NCBI RefSeq assembly: GCF_036365525.1
Contig: NC_090413.1
Location: 29,554,266-29,618,265, forward strand
Source: Heterodontus francisci
Lineage: Eukaryota
Reading direction: 5' to 3'
DNA: 64,000 nt
A program made the translations under genes and the position numbers. Numbering within the stretch: the first letter of the stretch is position 1; each line of letters begins with the position of its first letter. Under the pieces are notes generated by a model. It did no database searches and was not told where the DNA came from. It saw only the letters and a list, made by a program, of their open reading frames with translations. This document shows, piece by piece, positions 26,431 to 37,870 of this stretch.

Positions 26431-27974
26431 CACAGAGGTTGTTTCCACATTGTTGGGATGTGGGCTAAAGTAACATCTGTACAGCAGGAGTCATTGGGCA
26501 GAGTGGACATGTTTGTCACTGAGTCAGAGTTTGCTGAAGTTGTTTAAGTTTGGAGGTTGGTGCCTGGTTAATTGGCTTCTGGGTGACCAAGCCCTCACTG
26601 GACACTGGAAAGAAAACTGCGAGAGCTCGAAGATCCTGTCCCAATGGTTATAATTCCATCCTCAGCTTCCCATACAATTTATCAGGCACATCCTTCTTCC
26701 TATTCCTGACAGATGGAATGATGTGGGTTGTTTGAGGACTGGGGTGAGGAGTCGTGCATCACTGAGTTTCAGTTCAGGCCATTTTAACCCTCAAGCCACA
26801 CAATTCACCTTCCTTCTCACTGCACAGCTGAGGCCGATATCCCCGAGGTTGCTGCGGTAACCCACTGATGCAAAGTTGCGATGGTGTTCACTCCCTCATT
26901 CACTGGATGCAGCTGTCGCTAGCCTGGATCAGATAAGGCACTCTGTCTGTTAGAGACCAGAACTGTTGCTGCATCTCTGCTGCTGTGAGACCCAAAAGAA
27001 TCTGTGGTTTGGTTTGTGGGCTGGGAACAGAGATCAGCCCCTGGACAGTGGGAACAATCCCAACCCCCACCGACTGTGGGGACAGAACCTCCTCCCCCCA
27101 GGTGCTGAGGTCAGGGCTGAGCCACACTCCCCTTGTGCCCATTGCCCCATAATGAGCATGTGTAGACGCCTCTGGCAGCTGCTGCTTTGCTCAGGGACCC
27201 AAAGCGGGGCGTTCACAGGTGGAAACATTCCTCATGACCCAGAAAGGGTGATTTGTGTGGGGATTAAGCAGAGACAGCCGCTGAGAGATTTACGAGCACA
27301 GTCTGCAGGAATACACCAGGAAAATGTAACAAACATTTCAAAGCATTGCAGATATCAAAAGCACATTGTGTCTGATGGATGCCTGTGGGAAGCATCCTCT
27401 TCAAACTGTGTCCACAGAAGCAGTCTCTGTCCACCCTCCTCCCGCTGGGAGTCTCTGTCTCCCCCAGCTCAGGGGTAAGTCCCTCCACCCACTGCTCCCC
27501 ACCCCTGAGCCATGCAGACTAAAACTATCCCAGCTTTCATTCCCAGCCTGAGCTGACACTGACTCCCATGGTCCCTGGATTAGCCGGGAACCTGCTGCTG
27601 ATCTTATCCTGTCACTCCTGACAGGCATGTTTGTTCTGGGTATGAATTGCCAACAAGATTGGGCTTTTTTCTGATGCCACCTGTCGTTCAATAGCCTGCT
27701 GTGACACTGTGTGTCAGGGTTGTTTGGTCACGGTTTCGCATCCAGTGCCTGAGGAAATGGTCGCAGCATGACCCAGTGCTGAGGGGTAAAGAGCAGAAAC
27801 ATTTCCATTGATAACAGCAACTTTAACCTGCCGTCACTTCATAGCCAATGAAGTACTTCAGAAATACAGACACCATACCAATGTAGTGAAATGTGCCAAC
27901 CAAACTGTGCACCCAGTACGGCTGTGTGCTGGATCATGTACCCACCACAGCTGTGTATACAGATATAGTTTCAG

Positions 27975-28590
27975 GGGATGTGGGCATCGCTGGCAAGGCC
28001 AGCATTTATTGTCCAACCCTAATTGCCCTTGAAAAGGTGGTGGTGAGCTGCCTTTTTGAAACGCTGCAGTCCTTGGGGACTTCAACAGTGAAGGAACGGC
28101 GATATAGTTCCAAGTCAGGATGGTGTGTGACTTGGAGGGGAACTTGCAGGTGGTGGTGTTCCCATGCATTTTCTGCCCTTCTAGTTGGTAGAGGTCGCGG
28201 GTTTGGAAGGTGCTGTTGAAGGAGCCTTGGTGTGTTGCTGCAGTGCATCTTGTAGATGGTACACACTGCTGCCACTGTGCGTCGGTGGTGGAAGGAGTGC
28301 CAGTCAAGCGGGCTGTTTTGTCCTGGATGGTGTTGTCTTGAGTGTTGAAGCTGCACCCATCCAGGCAAGTGGAGAGTCCATCACACTGCTTGTAGATAGT
28401 TGACAGGCTTTGGGGAATCAGGAGATGTTGCTAACTGCAGAATTTCCAGTCCCTGACCTGCTCTTGTAGCCACAGTGTTTATGTGGATGATCCAGTTAAG
28501 TTTCCCATCAATCGTGACCCACAGGATGTTGAAGGTTTCAACGATGGCAGTGCCTTTGGGAGATGGTTATTGCTTGGCACTTGTATGGCA
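27975..28590 (-). mobile_element. 3' end of a CR1/L2-superfamily LINE (family also at 32620-33312 and 63625-64000)
   Basis: Encodes ...[15 protein letters not shown]...[18 protein letters not shown]. Terminal GGATGTGGGCATCGCTGGCAAGGCCAGCATTTATTG is shared with the other two copies. Confidence 0.75.
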
Positions 28591-28592
28591 CG

Positions 28593-28875
28593 AATACAAA
28601 CATACGAAATAGTAGCAGGAGTAGGCCACTCAGCCCTACGAGCCTGCTCCGCCATTCAACAAGATCATGGTTGATCTGATTGTAACCTCAACTCCACATT
28701 CCCGCCTACCCCCGATAACCTTTCACCCCCTTGCTTATCAAGAATCTATCTACCTCTGCCTTACAAATATTCAGAGACTCTGCTTCCCCTGCCTTTTGAG
28801 GAAGAGAATTCCAAAGACTCACAACTCTCAGAGAAAAAATTTCTCCTCATCTCTGTCTTAAATGGGCGACCCATT
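28593..28875 (-). mobile_element. CR1 LINE 3' tail fragment
   Basis: GCAGGAGTAGGCCACTCAGCCC...GAGCCTGCTCCGCCATTCAACAAGATCATGG is a typical CR1 3' end in reverse orientation. Confidence 0.7.
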
Positions 28876-29526
28876 TTCAGACCAAACTTGATTGTTGTCC
28901 AGGTGTTGCTGCATGGCGGCACGGACTTTTTCGTTATGACAGGTCCCGTGCACAGCGCAGATTGTTGATGGGTTAGTTTGGATCATAGGCTGAAGCATCT
29001 GGAATGGGAATTAAACCCACAACCCCATACCACTGAGCCACAGCAGAGACCCTTGTAGGGAAGTTTAAAAACAGGCAGGAGGGAGCATGAAGCAACAACC
29101 CCATGTGAGCAGCAGTCAGATGTCAGGCCCTGTGCTGCCTCTTCTGGTATGTGCAGCTACTGCTCTCCTGCACCTGATGAATCATCGGCTGGGAGCAGGG
29201 ATGAGTTTTGCTTTGCTCACGTTTACCATCATTGCTGCAACACTGAGGTATTTGGACCAGCTGATACCCGGCAGCTCACTGGCTAGTCATGCCAGGAATG
29301 TCGTATGAAATATGTGTCAGTGTGAGGATGTGGGGTACAGATGCGCTTTAAATACTCTAATTCACTGATTCCATCACAAATATCCTGCAGCTGTGAAGGA
29401 AGAGCCATGAAAGTAGATGAAGAATTTTGAGTGAGCAATCCGGTAGCCCCTCTCTCTGCTCAGTCACCTTGATAAGTTTTGTTTTGGCGGTGGGGGGGGG
29501 AATATTTCCACATACTCGGCCGGATA

Positions 29527-30647
29527 ATGACATTCTCTCTGCTGTTGGTGTTTTTGATCGTTTTTCTTGTTGATCAGACAGAGGAGGAATCTCCAGACAC
29601 TGATGTCGCACCTCAGTATCTGCCGGGTAAGCGAGATGCATGCACTGACTCTGACAGATTCACTTCACTCAGTTAAGTTGCTTAAAAGCATTTTTCTAGG
29701 AGTCTGTGTATGCAGTAAACCTGTGGGTAATTACTGAGTGACAGCTCGTAGGGATGCCGAACCTGCAAAGTACTTTGCTCTCTGCAAAGATTAATCCTAG
29801 TAAAATATAATCCAAGTAAAGTTTAGCTATTTTGTTTTAAACTGGCTGCCACTATTAGTCTCAGAACCTGGGCTGCGGAGGGATTCTGGCCCAGGGCTCC
29901 CCCTCCATATGACTGGTAGAAAATGCCTGAGGATCCATGGTAATGCCACACAAGAGAAAAGCCCACAGCGAGTCCGGGCTCACACTCGACCAATGGCCAC
30001 AGCTGAGATCCCAGGTGTCCCATCTGACACTTTCCCCCAGTGGCTGTCTCTCTAGTGGGGGGGGGGGTGGTGTTGGAGTGCCTCCTCTCTTTCTCTCCCC
30101 CCCCCCCCCCCCCCATTCTAACAATTAATGCATTTCTTGAAAGGAAAATCAAATGACATTTTCTCCATTTCTTTCAGGGAAAAGGGCCATCCTTCTAAGA
30201 GTCTCCCACACGCGCTCAGATGGGGAATTCACAATTTCACCATTGCCCACATCAGTCTCGTCACTTGAACTGCAGTCAAACCCGGGAAGAGCACGGAGGA
30301 AACGGAAAATGTCTGTGACCAGGAAAGGAGAGGAGTGGGAGGAGAGGAACTGCAGGCTTAGGGCCCTCCAGCTCCGCGTGCAGGACCTTGGTCTAGGCTA
30401 CCAGTCAGATGAAATCGTTCTCTTCAAGTACTGCAGCGGCAGCTGTCCCCTGGCCAGGACCAACCACGACCTGACCCTTTCCTTGTTGCTGCGTAAAACC
30501 AGCCTCCTCAACCTGTCCCAGGAGAAGATTGTCAGTGACCCATGCTGTCGCCCCACACAGTTCAAAGACGTCACCTTCCTGGACATCAACAACCACTGGC
30601 ACACAGTGGAGAAACTCTCAGCCTCTGAGTGCAGCTGCATCGGGTAA
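29527..30647 (+). CDS. PSPN: GDNF-family ligand, persephin (prepro-protein ~189 aa); coding exons 29527-29626 and 30178-30647
   Basis: Exon 1 encodes a hydrophobic signal (MTFSLLLVFLIVFLV) and ends CCGG|GTAAG. The acceptor TTTCTTTCAG|GG joins in phase 1. Exon 2 has a furin site RARRKR (30288-30305) and the GFL cystine knot (C..LGLGY.SDE..LFKYCSGSC...PCCRP..FLD..LSASECSCIG). PSPN rather than ARTN is inferred from the convergent adjacency to ALKBH7, as in mammals. Confidence 0.85.
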
Positions 30648-31401
30648 CTGTCTGAGCAAGGGACGGGGTGGGGTGAAGAGACAAAGTTCCCAGGACAATC
30701 AGGACCAAACCTGGACTAAAATGGAGGCAAAACCCTGATCAGGTTGAGGGGGAACAGGACAGTCTACAGATTCAGAACAGCAACAGAACTGCCTCACTGG
30801 GAAAATCCCCAAATCTGTGTTCAAGCAAATTACTGCTTTAAGATTGTGTTCAGGTTGAGGTGGATGGGAGACAGTTTTGTTGAATTGAATTGTTCTGAAG
30901 AGTGCCTCTATTGAGATGAGACATTAACAGTCTGCTTGCTTACTCTCCTCTGTGTGTGTCGCTCCCTCTCTGAATCCTGCCCCCTTTCTACCATTCACAC
31001 TGATGCAGGGAGGTGTCAGTAACATGGAGCGGGTAAGAATTAACTGGTTTTATCCGCTCAGAGTTTTGTTGCCTTGTGTAGTGGTCTGTCTTTAAAGCTT
31101 CCTTTGCTGTTCGTTACCCCATCTATTATAGTGTACAAAAGTATAACTTTTGGCCAAGCATTGGGGAGGGGGGGGGATTGCAGGGAGGATGGGTGGGGTT
31201 GGCCCGTTAGCATATTACACCTTTTCTCTTGCTGAACGCTGTACAAAAATGATGCGTGCATCGATTGGAAGCAGGGTTCTATACATTTAAAGATTTAATT
31301 TTACAAAAGCAGTGTGTGTAATTGAGAGGAGGGGGCTGGGTTAGGCTGCACTGGTCCTCAGCATCGGAGGCTGAGATTGGCAATTGTTTGTGGAACCAGA
31401 A

Positions 31402-31474
31402 ATATTTATGTAACTAAATTATTTATTTATTTTAAAGACTTTGCTGTTAGAAATGCTTCAACTTATAAAATAAA
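31402..31474. promoter_or_regulatory. 3'-end signals: AU-rich ATTTA cluster and AATAAA (+, 31469-31474) for PSPN; AATAAA on - strand (31422-31431) for ALKBH7
   Basis: ATATTTATG...TTATTTATTTATTTT and AAATAAAA read directly between the two convergent stop codons. Use of these sites is not shown. Confidence 0.5.
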
Positions 31475-31625
31475 AATTCAAATACAAGTTGCTGAATGAT
31501 GTCACAGAGACTGAGAGAAGGGAGCAGCAAGTAACCCAACAAAACATCAAGAAATATAAATATCAGTTTACTTAATTTCTGTGGAACATGAGATCAGTGC
31601 AGATTACCATTGATACAGTCAGACC

Positions 31626-34600
31626 TCACTCAGCCGGTGACTGGCTCAGGGACAAGTTCCTGCAGATTATGGAAATGCGCCGTTCACGAGGCACCTTTTG
31701 TCCCCCAAAAAATGACTCTTCCTCTGGCAGGATCTGGTGGCTGAATCTGTATCGAGCAGCTCCCCTGAGACAAAGACACAATGTGCTGGTTAGTGAAGCC
31801 AAAGATCTGCATCAGACCGTTAGATGCATCACAGCTACACACACAGGCCTGACTGCTTCAATACCCACCTCAGGATGTAGGCAGACCGTCGCTGCAGCAA
31901 TAAATCCACTTGATCTGCATCATTGTTTTCACTCAACAACCGCATCACACTCTCCGACAACAGGCACAGGCCAGCAATCGTATCCCCGCAGAACTACAAG
32001 AGAGGGGGGGTGGAAGAGAGAGAGAGGCTTCAGCAGACAGACACAGTCTTTAACCACACACCCCCCCCCCCAGCTCTCAAAGAGCAATTCACTCAGTTCC
32101 ATTCCTCCGCTTTCTCCCTGTATCCCTGCACATTCTTCCTTTTCATATAACTGTCTAATTCCCTTTTGAATGCTTCAGTTGAACCTGCCTCCACCACGTT
32201 CTCAGGCAGCGCATTCCAGACCTTAACCACTCGCTGCGTGGAAATTTTTTTCCTCATGTCACTTTTGCTTCTCTTACCAAATAATTTCAATCTGTGTCCT
32301 CTCGTTCTCGATCCTTTCATGAGTGGGAACAGTTTCTCTCCAGACCCCTCATGATTTTGAATATCTCTTTCAAATTACCTCTCAGCCTTCTCTTCAAGGA
32401 AAACAGTCCTAACTTCTCCAAGCTATCATGATAACTGAAATTCCTCATCCCTGGAACAATTCTCGTGAATCTTTTCTGCACTCTCTCCAATGCCCTCACG
32501 TCTTTCCTAAAGGGTGGCGCCCAGAACTGGACACAATACTCCAGCTCAGGCCGAACTAGTGTCCTACACAAGTTCAACATAACTTCCTTGCTCTTGTACT
32601 GTATGCCCCTATCAATAAATGACCATCTCCCCTTGACGTTCAACGGCATTATCATCACTGAATCCCCCACTATCAACATCCTGGGGGGGTCACCATTGAC
32701 CAGAAACTTAACAGGACCACATAAATACCGTGGCTACAAGAGCAGGTCAGAGGCTGTGAATTCTGCGGCGAGTAACTCACCTCCTGACTCCCCAAAGTCT
32801 GTCCACCATCTACAAGGCACAAGTCAGAAGTGTGATGGAATATTCTCCACTTGCCTGGATGGGTGCAGCTCCAACAACACTCAAGAAGCTCGACACCATC
32901 CAGGGCAAAGCAGCCGCTTGATTGGCACCCCATCCACAAACATTTACTCCCTCCACCACCAACGCACAGTGGCAGCAGTGTGTACCATCTACAAGATGCA
33001 CTGCAGCAACTCACCAACAGCACCTTCCAAACCCGTGACCTCTACCACCTAGAAGGACAAGGGCAGCAGTTGCATGGGAACACCACCACCTGCAAGTTCC
33101 CCTCCAAGTCACACACCATCCTGACTTGGAGCTATATCGCTGTTCCTTCACTGTGACTGGGTCAAAATCCTGGAACTCCCTCCTAACAGCACTGTGGGTG
33201 TACCTACCCCAAATGGACTGCAGCACTTCAAGAAGGCAGCTCACCATCACCTTCTCAAGGGCAATTAGGGACGGGCAATAAATGCTGGCCTGGCCAGTGA
33301 CACTTACATCCCCAGATGTGGAGGCAGAGGGCATGAGTGAGATACTGAATGAGTGTTTTGCATCTGTCTTCACAAAGAAGAGGAAGAAATTAATTTTGCA
33401 GTAGAGAAGGAGGGAGTCGAGATAGTTTAGAGGATAAAAATACATAGAAAGGATTTGATAAATAGGTTGACATCACTCAAAGTTAACAAGTCACCCGATC
33501 CAGATGGGATCCATCCTAGATTGCAGTGGGAAATACAGGTGGCAATAGAAGCTGGAGTGACCACAATCTTTCAATCCTCCTTGAAGATAAGGGTGGTGCC
33601 AAAGGAATGCAAACATTACACCCCTGTTCAACAGAAGGGGAGAGGTATAAAGTTGGTAACTACAGGCCAAGCAGTCTAACACCAGTGGTGGGAAAACTCC
33701 TACTGACCACCGTCAAGGAAAAAATTAATTCTTTCTTTCTTGCAGAAGCAGTGGTTAATGAGGGACCGCCATCAGGAACTTGCTAAAGACCAATCGTGTC
33801 TCACTGACCTGTTTGAGTTCTGTGATGAAGTAGCAGAGGGGGTTGATGTAGGCAGTACAGTATATTTGTATATATGACTTTCAAAAGGCATTTGATAAAA
33901 TATTATATAACAGCCTTACATGGAAAACAGAAGCACATAGGATTAAGTCCATATATACAAATATACTGCACTGCCTACATCAACCCCCTCTGCTACTTCA
34001 TCAAGGAACTCAAACAGGTCAGTGAGACACGATTGGTCTTTAGCGAGGTCCTGCTGGCTGTTTCCCACCAACCGCTGCTTCTCCAATAAAAACAGTGGTA
34101 ACTTTGGATTTGGACTAAGGTTTAGAAGGCAGAGAGTAGTGGTAAACATGTTTTTCTGACTGGGGAGAGATATGCAGTGGGCCCTCAGGGGTCGGTGTTA
34201 GGATGGTTTCTTTTCTGGTGATATATAAATGACCTGGACGTGGGTCAGGGTGTACATTATCAAAGTTTACAGATGATAGAAAACTTGGCAACATAGTAAG
34301 TAGTGAAGAGCATCATGGCTGCCTTCGGGACGACACAGAGACTGGTGAAATGGGCAGATAGATGGCAGATTCAGATTAATGTGGTGGGTAAGTGTGAAGT
34401 GATGCACAATGGGAGAAACAGGATGGAGAAGCGGTTTAATCTAAATGGTGCTACTTTGAGGGGGTGGGGCAACGGTGCAAGAGCAGAGGAACTCAAGGCT
34501 GCAAATTCACAAACCCTTTGAAGCTGGCAGGGCAGGTTGAGAAGGCAGTTAAGAAAGTGTATGGAACACTTGGCTTTGCAAATAGGTGCATTGAAGACAA

Positions 34601-36638
34601 AAACAAGGAAGTTGTGCTAAACCTTTATAAAACACTGGTTCAGCCTCAGTTGGAGTATTGGGTACATTTCTGGACATCACACATTAGGAAGGATGTCAAA
34701 GCCTTCGAGAGGGTGATACCAGAGATGAGAGAGTTCAGTTTGACTTGATGGAGGCAATCAAAATCATGAAGGATTTTGATAGAGTAAATAAGAAACTCTG
34801 GTGGCATAAGGGTCAGGCACCAGAGGGACACAGATTTAAGATGATTGGCAAAAGAGCCAGAGGCAACATGAGGAAATAAATTTTAAGCAGCAAGTTGTTG
34901 TGATCTGGAACGCGTTGCCTGAAAGGGCGATGGAAGCAGATGCATTAGTAACTTTCAAAAGGGAATTGGAGAAATACTTTAAAGGGAATCAAACATAGCA
35001 AGCCTGTGATCGCAGTTGGTGAGGTGTCAAACATTAACAGTTGTCTGTCACTCACCTTCACACTGTCTACATGGGGACTGATGAAACCAGTCTGATCAAG
35101 ATCCAGCACATGTACCATTGAGAGCTGGGGGACCCCTGGGGGAAATGCGATAGCCCGCAGCCGCTGCAGAATGGTTTCATTCTGCTTAGTCCAATGTAAT
35201 TTTTCTATCTCACGATATCCATGGATTGCCTTGTGTCAAACAAACACATTGAAAAATCAATTAAAATCCAGCACCATCTACAGCTGACATCCTTCTCAAA
35301 GATAAAAGGATGACAACACCCAGGAATACATCGGTCACACATTCTCAGCTTTCATCACTACTTCCAAAGATATTTTCATTGTTACTAAGAATTAATTGCT
35401 ATGTCGAATAACACTTCCACACTTAACACAATGTTAGAAATTAAACATGATAAATCATGAGAAAGTCGGTGCAAATGCATTGAAGCAATGTTACATCAAA
35501 GGGCAGCACAGTGGCGCAGTGGTTAGCACCGCAGCCTCACAGCTCCAGCGACCCAGGTTCAATTCTGGGTACTGCCTGTGTGGAGTTTGCAAGTTCTCCC
35601 TGTGTCTGCGTGGGTTTCCTCCGGGTGCTCCGGTTTCCTCCCACATGCCAAAGACTTGCAGGTTGATAGGTTAATTGGCCATTATAATTGCCCCTAGTAT
35701 AGGTAGGTGGTAGGGAAATATAGGGACAGGTGGGGATGTGGTAGGAATATGGGATTAATGTAGGATTAGTATAAATGGGTGGTTGATGGTCGGCACAGAC
35801 TCGGTGGGCCGAAGGGCCTGTTTCAGTGCTGTATCTCTAAAACTAAAAAAAAACAATGAAACAGGAACTTCTCACTCAGCTAAAGGTCAAACACCTGTAC
35901 AAAGAAATCTCCATTTATAAGTGTTCCATCAGTTCATCTATTAATGTCTTAAAAAGCTGCAGACATTGAGAACTTTTCAAATGTATTCAGCCTGGTAAGA
36001 AACACAGAATTAATTTTGCGCACAGCAAGATCCCACAACAGCAGTGTAATAACTAATCAGATTATCTGCTTTTGTGGTAATGGTTGAGGAACAAAATTGC
36101 CCCCAGGATAATGGGGAGAACTCCCCTGTTCTTCCAATAGCAGTTCTGGGATTTTTCATATCCACCCGAAGGGCAGACGGGGCCTCGGTTTAACGTCTCA
36201 TCTGAAAGACGGCACTGCGGCGCTCCCTCGGTACTGACCCTCCGACAGTGCGGCGCTCCCTCGGTACTGACCCTCCGACAGTGCGGCGCTCCCTCGGTAC
36301 TGACCCTCCGACAGTGCGGCGCTCCCTCGGTACTGACCCTCCGACAATGCGGCGCTCCCTCGGTACTGACCCTCCGACGCTCCCTCAGGCCCTCGTTGGG
36401 AGTTTGAGTTGCGGCCTACCTGGTCCCAGTGCTCCCGCTGGTATCGTTGCCGCCTAAGCCTTGGCTCCAACTCTTGGAGCAGCGCCGCCTCTTCCTCCGG
36501 GCTGACGAACTCGGGTCGCAGCTCCACATCCCGGGAAATCCGCTGCAGCAGCTCAGGGCTGGAGGAGAGAATGAGCGGGAGGCCCGAGGCTCCGGGAGGC
36601 CTGAACCAGCGGCAGCTCCGCCTCAAGGGCGCCGCCAT
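31626..36638 (-). CDS. ALKBH7: AlkB homolog 7, mitochondrial Fe(II)/2-OG dioxygenase; exons 36638-36420, 35229-35056, 31993-31869, 31764-31626
   Basis: Spliced translation MAAPLRRSC...[15 protein letters not shown]...[38 protein letters not shown]...[42 protein letters not shown] contains HxD...H and the C-terminal R..R motifs. All introns are GT-AG with consistent phases. Confidence 0.95.
32075..32615 (-). mobile_element. CR1 LINE 3' fragment in ALKBH7 intron 2
   Basis: Minus-strand translation [15 protein letters not shown]...[10 protein letters not shown] and TRGHRLKL...[10 protein letters not shown]. Confidence 0.85.
32620..33312 (+). mobile_element. 3' end of a CR1/L2-superfamily LINE
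   Basis: [17 protein letters not shown]-like and [18 protein letters not shown] translation. Ends GGGCAATAAATGCTGGCCTGGCCAG...CACTTACATCCC. Confidence 0.75.
33313..34990 (+). mobile_element. Degraded CR1 LINE (RT region to 3' end) with an internal inverted duplication
   Basis: [41 protein letters not shown] remnants. Inverted arms at 33744-33880 and 33945-34082. Confidence 0.8.
35501..35852 (+). mobile_element. tRNA-derived SINE (HE1/V-SINE type)
   Basis: Pol III A box TGGCGCAGTGG and B box GGTTCAATTC. V-domain-like TGCGTGGGTTTCCTCCGGGTGCTCCGGTTTCCTCCCAC. CR1-type 3' tail GGGCCGAAGGGCCTGTTTCAGTGCTGTATCTCT plus A-rich end. Confidence 0.88.
35995..36385 (-). mobile_element. Deu-domain SINE (SacSINE1/AmnSINE1-like) fragment with ~5 tandem 33-bp repeats (36218-36385)
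   Basis: Reverse complement reads GTGCCGTCTTTCAGATGAGACGTTAAACCGAGGCCCCGTCTGCCC...GGGGAGTTCTCCCC..., the Deu core as remembered. Unit CGGCGCTCCCTCGGTACTGACCCTCCGACAGTG is repeated. Confidence 0.75.
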
Positions 36639-36845
36639 CTTGGAGCAGCACGGCATTGTGGGATAGGTGCATGACTCAGACAACCTTTCGTGACCTCTAA
36701 CCCTTGAACCTGATCTATTTGCTGCAGGTTAATTCTTCAGCTTTTTCCTTGGGTGAAGATAAAATAGTTCATTTCCCCAGTGGAGGGATCCTCCCTTCAC
36801 CCCCTCCCCACGAAGGTAATTGAGGGGCGGCGGCGGGGGGGGGGG
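36630..36845 (-). promoter_or_regulatory. Putative ALKBH7 proximal promoter/5' UTR
   Basis: YY1-type CCGCCATCTT over the ATG, AP-1 TGACTCA at 36672-36678, GC box near 36824, CpG-rich exon 1. Confidence 0.4.
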
Positions 36846-37679
36846 TTAATGGGAGAATGAAGTTGATGTGAGACCTGCCATAGTCTTAGTGAATGACAGA
36901 GCAGATTCGAGGAGCTGATTTGTTTCCTCCACCTCTTTCTCCTCCTTCTGAAGGGACTGGCCAGTCTCCAGTAGCTCAGCTGAGGGCTGCTCTGTGAGCA
37001 GTTCTCTCAGACTCAAAGGAATAGTTTGACAAGGGTTCATTGAAATCCAAACACACAGCCCTCAATCACCTCTCATTTCGGTCTGGAATATATTTGCTGC
37101 GGACAGCGACCCTCCCCGTATCGGTGAAACATTCCAGACAACACACAACTTCTCTGACATCGCAACCATTCCATGAGCTCGAAGCACCCCATTCCTCCTG
37201 CCAGCCTACAGAGGAAGAGGCAACTGGCTATGCGCCCATATGTGGCATCACTGCAGAGCCCAAGCCCATCCCCAGCCTAGGTCACTCAATGCCAATTCAC
37301 TCAGTGATACTGCGTCCCTCCTGAGATCAGCTAACCTAATCCAGAGGAGCAGGAGTCGGAGTCACAATTAAAAGATGCAAAATAATTGGAAATATCCATC
37401 AGAGCTGCTAAATTCGGTTTTATTCAGAATCCTGAGGAAGTTATTTGTTTGACAATGCCACAGGCTTCTCCTCCCAGCTTCATACAACTCAAACCATGTC
37501 CAGGATTGGCCCATTGCTGGGATGTCAGGTGCAGCACAGCCGCTCAATCTCAATGGGAGAGTGGGTCCGGGGGGGCTGCTGGGTCGGGGGGGGCTGGTGC
37601 CGGTGTTGGGGGGGGGGGGGAGGATGGGAGGGTTTGGCTTACCCCTGTTACAGTCCATTATCAGGGGGTGGGGGATGGG

Positions 37680-37870
37680 CATGACCCCGTTACCTTGGTG
37701 GTGGGGGAGGGGCGTGACCCCATTACCATGGCAGCGGGCAGAGGGGTGTGACCCCCGTTACCATGGCAGCGGGCAGAGGGGCGTGACCCCTGTTACCATG
37801 GCAGCGGGCGGAGGTGTGTGACCCCGTTACCATGGCAGTGGGCGGAGGGACGTGACCCCGTTACCATGGC
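37680..37870. repeat. ~34-bp tandem repeat (~6 copies) overlapping the WDR83OS stop codon and 3' UTR
   Basis: GTGACCCCGTTACCATGGCAGCGGGCAGAGGGGC-type units. The last unit contains the CCA TGG TAA (P-W-stop) codons on the minus strand. Confidence 0.85.

Noticed and set aside
26966-27478. 170-aa ORF
   Set aside because: Non-ATG start, no recognisable domain.
30153-30177. ATG 30153 as the PSPN start
   Set aside because: It lies in the polypyrimidine tract and encodes no signal peptide; the upstream exon splices in phase.
31588-32169. 193-aa plus-strand ORF
   Set aside because: Antisense shadow of ALKBH7 exons 3-4 with no recognisable homology.
35501-35570. tRNA gene
   Set aside because: The A/B boxes belong to a SINE head. 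There is no full cloverleaf, it continues into the SINE body, and a second copy is at ~60306.
36198-36419. Repeat-containing C-terminus ([11 protein letters not shown]) on the ALKBH7 exon 1 ORF
   Set aside because: Intronic read-through into the SINE-derived 33-bp repeat past the donor at 36419.
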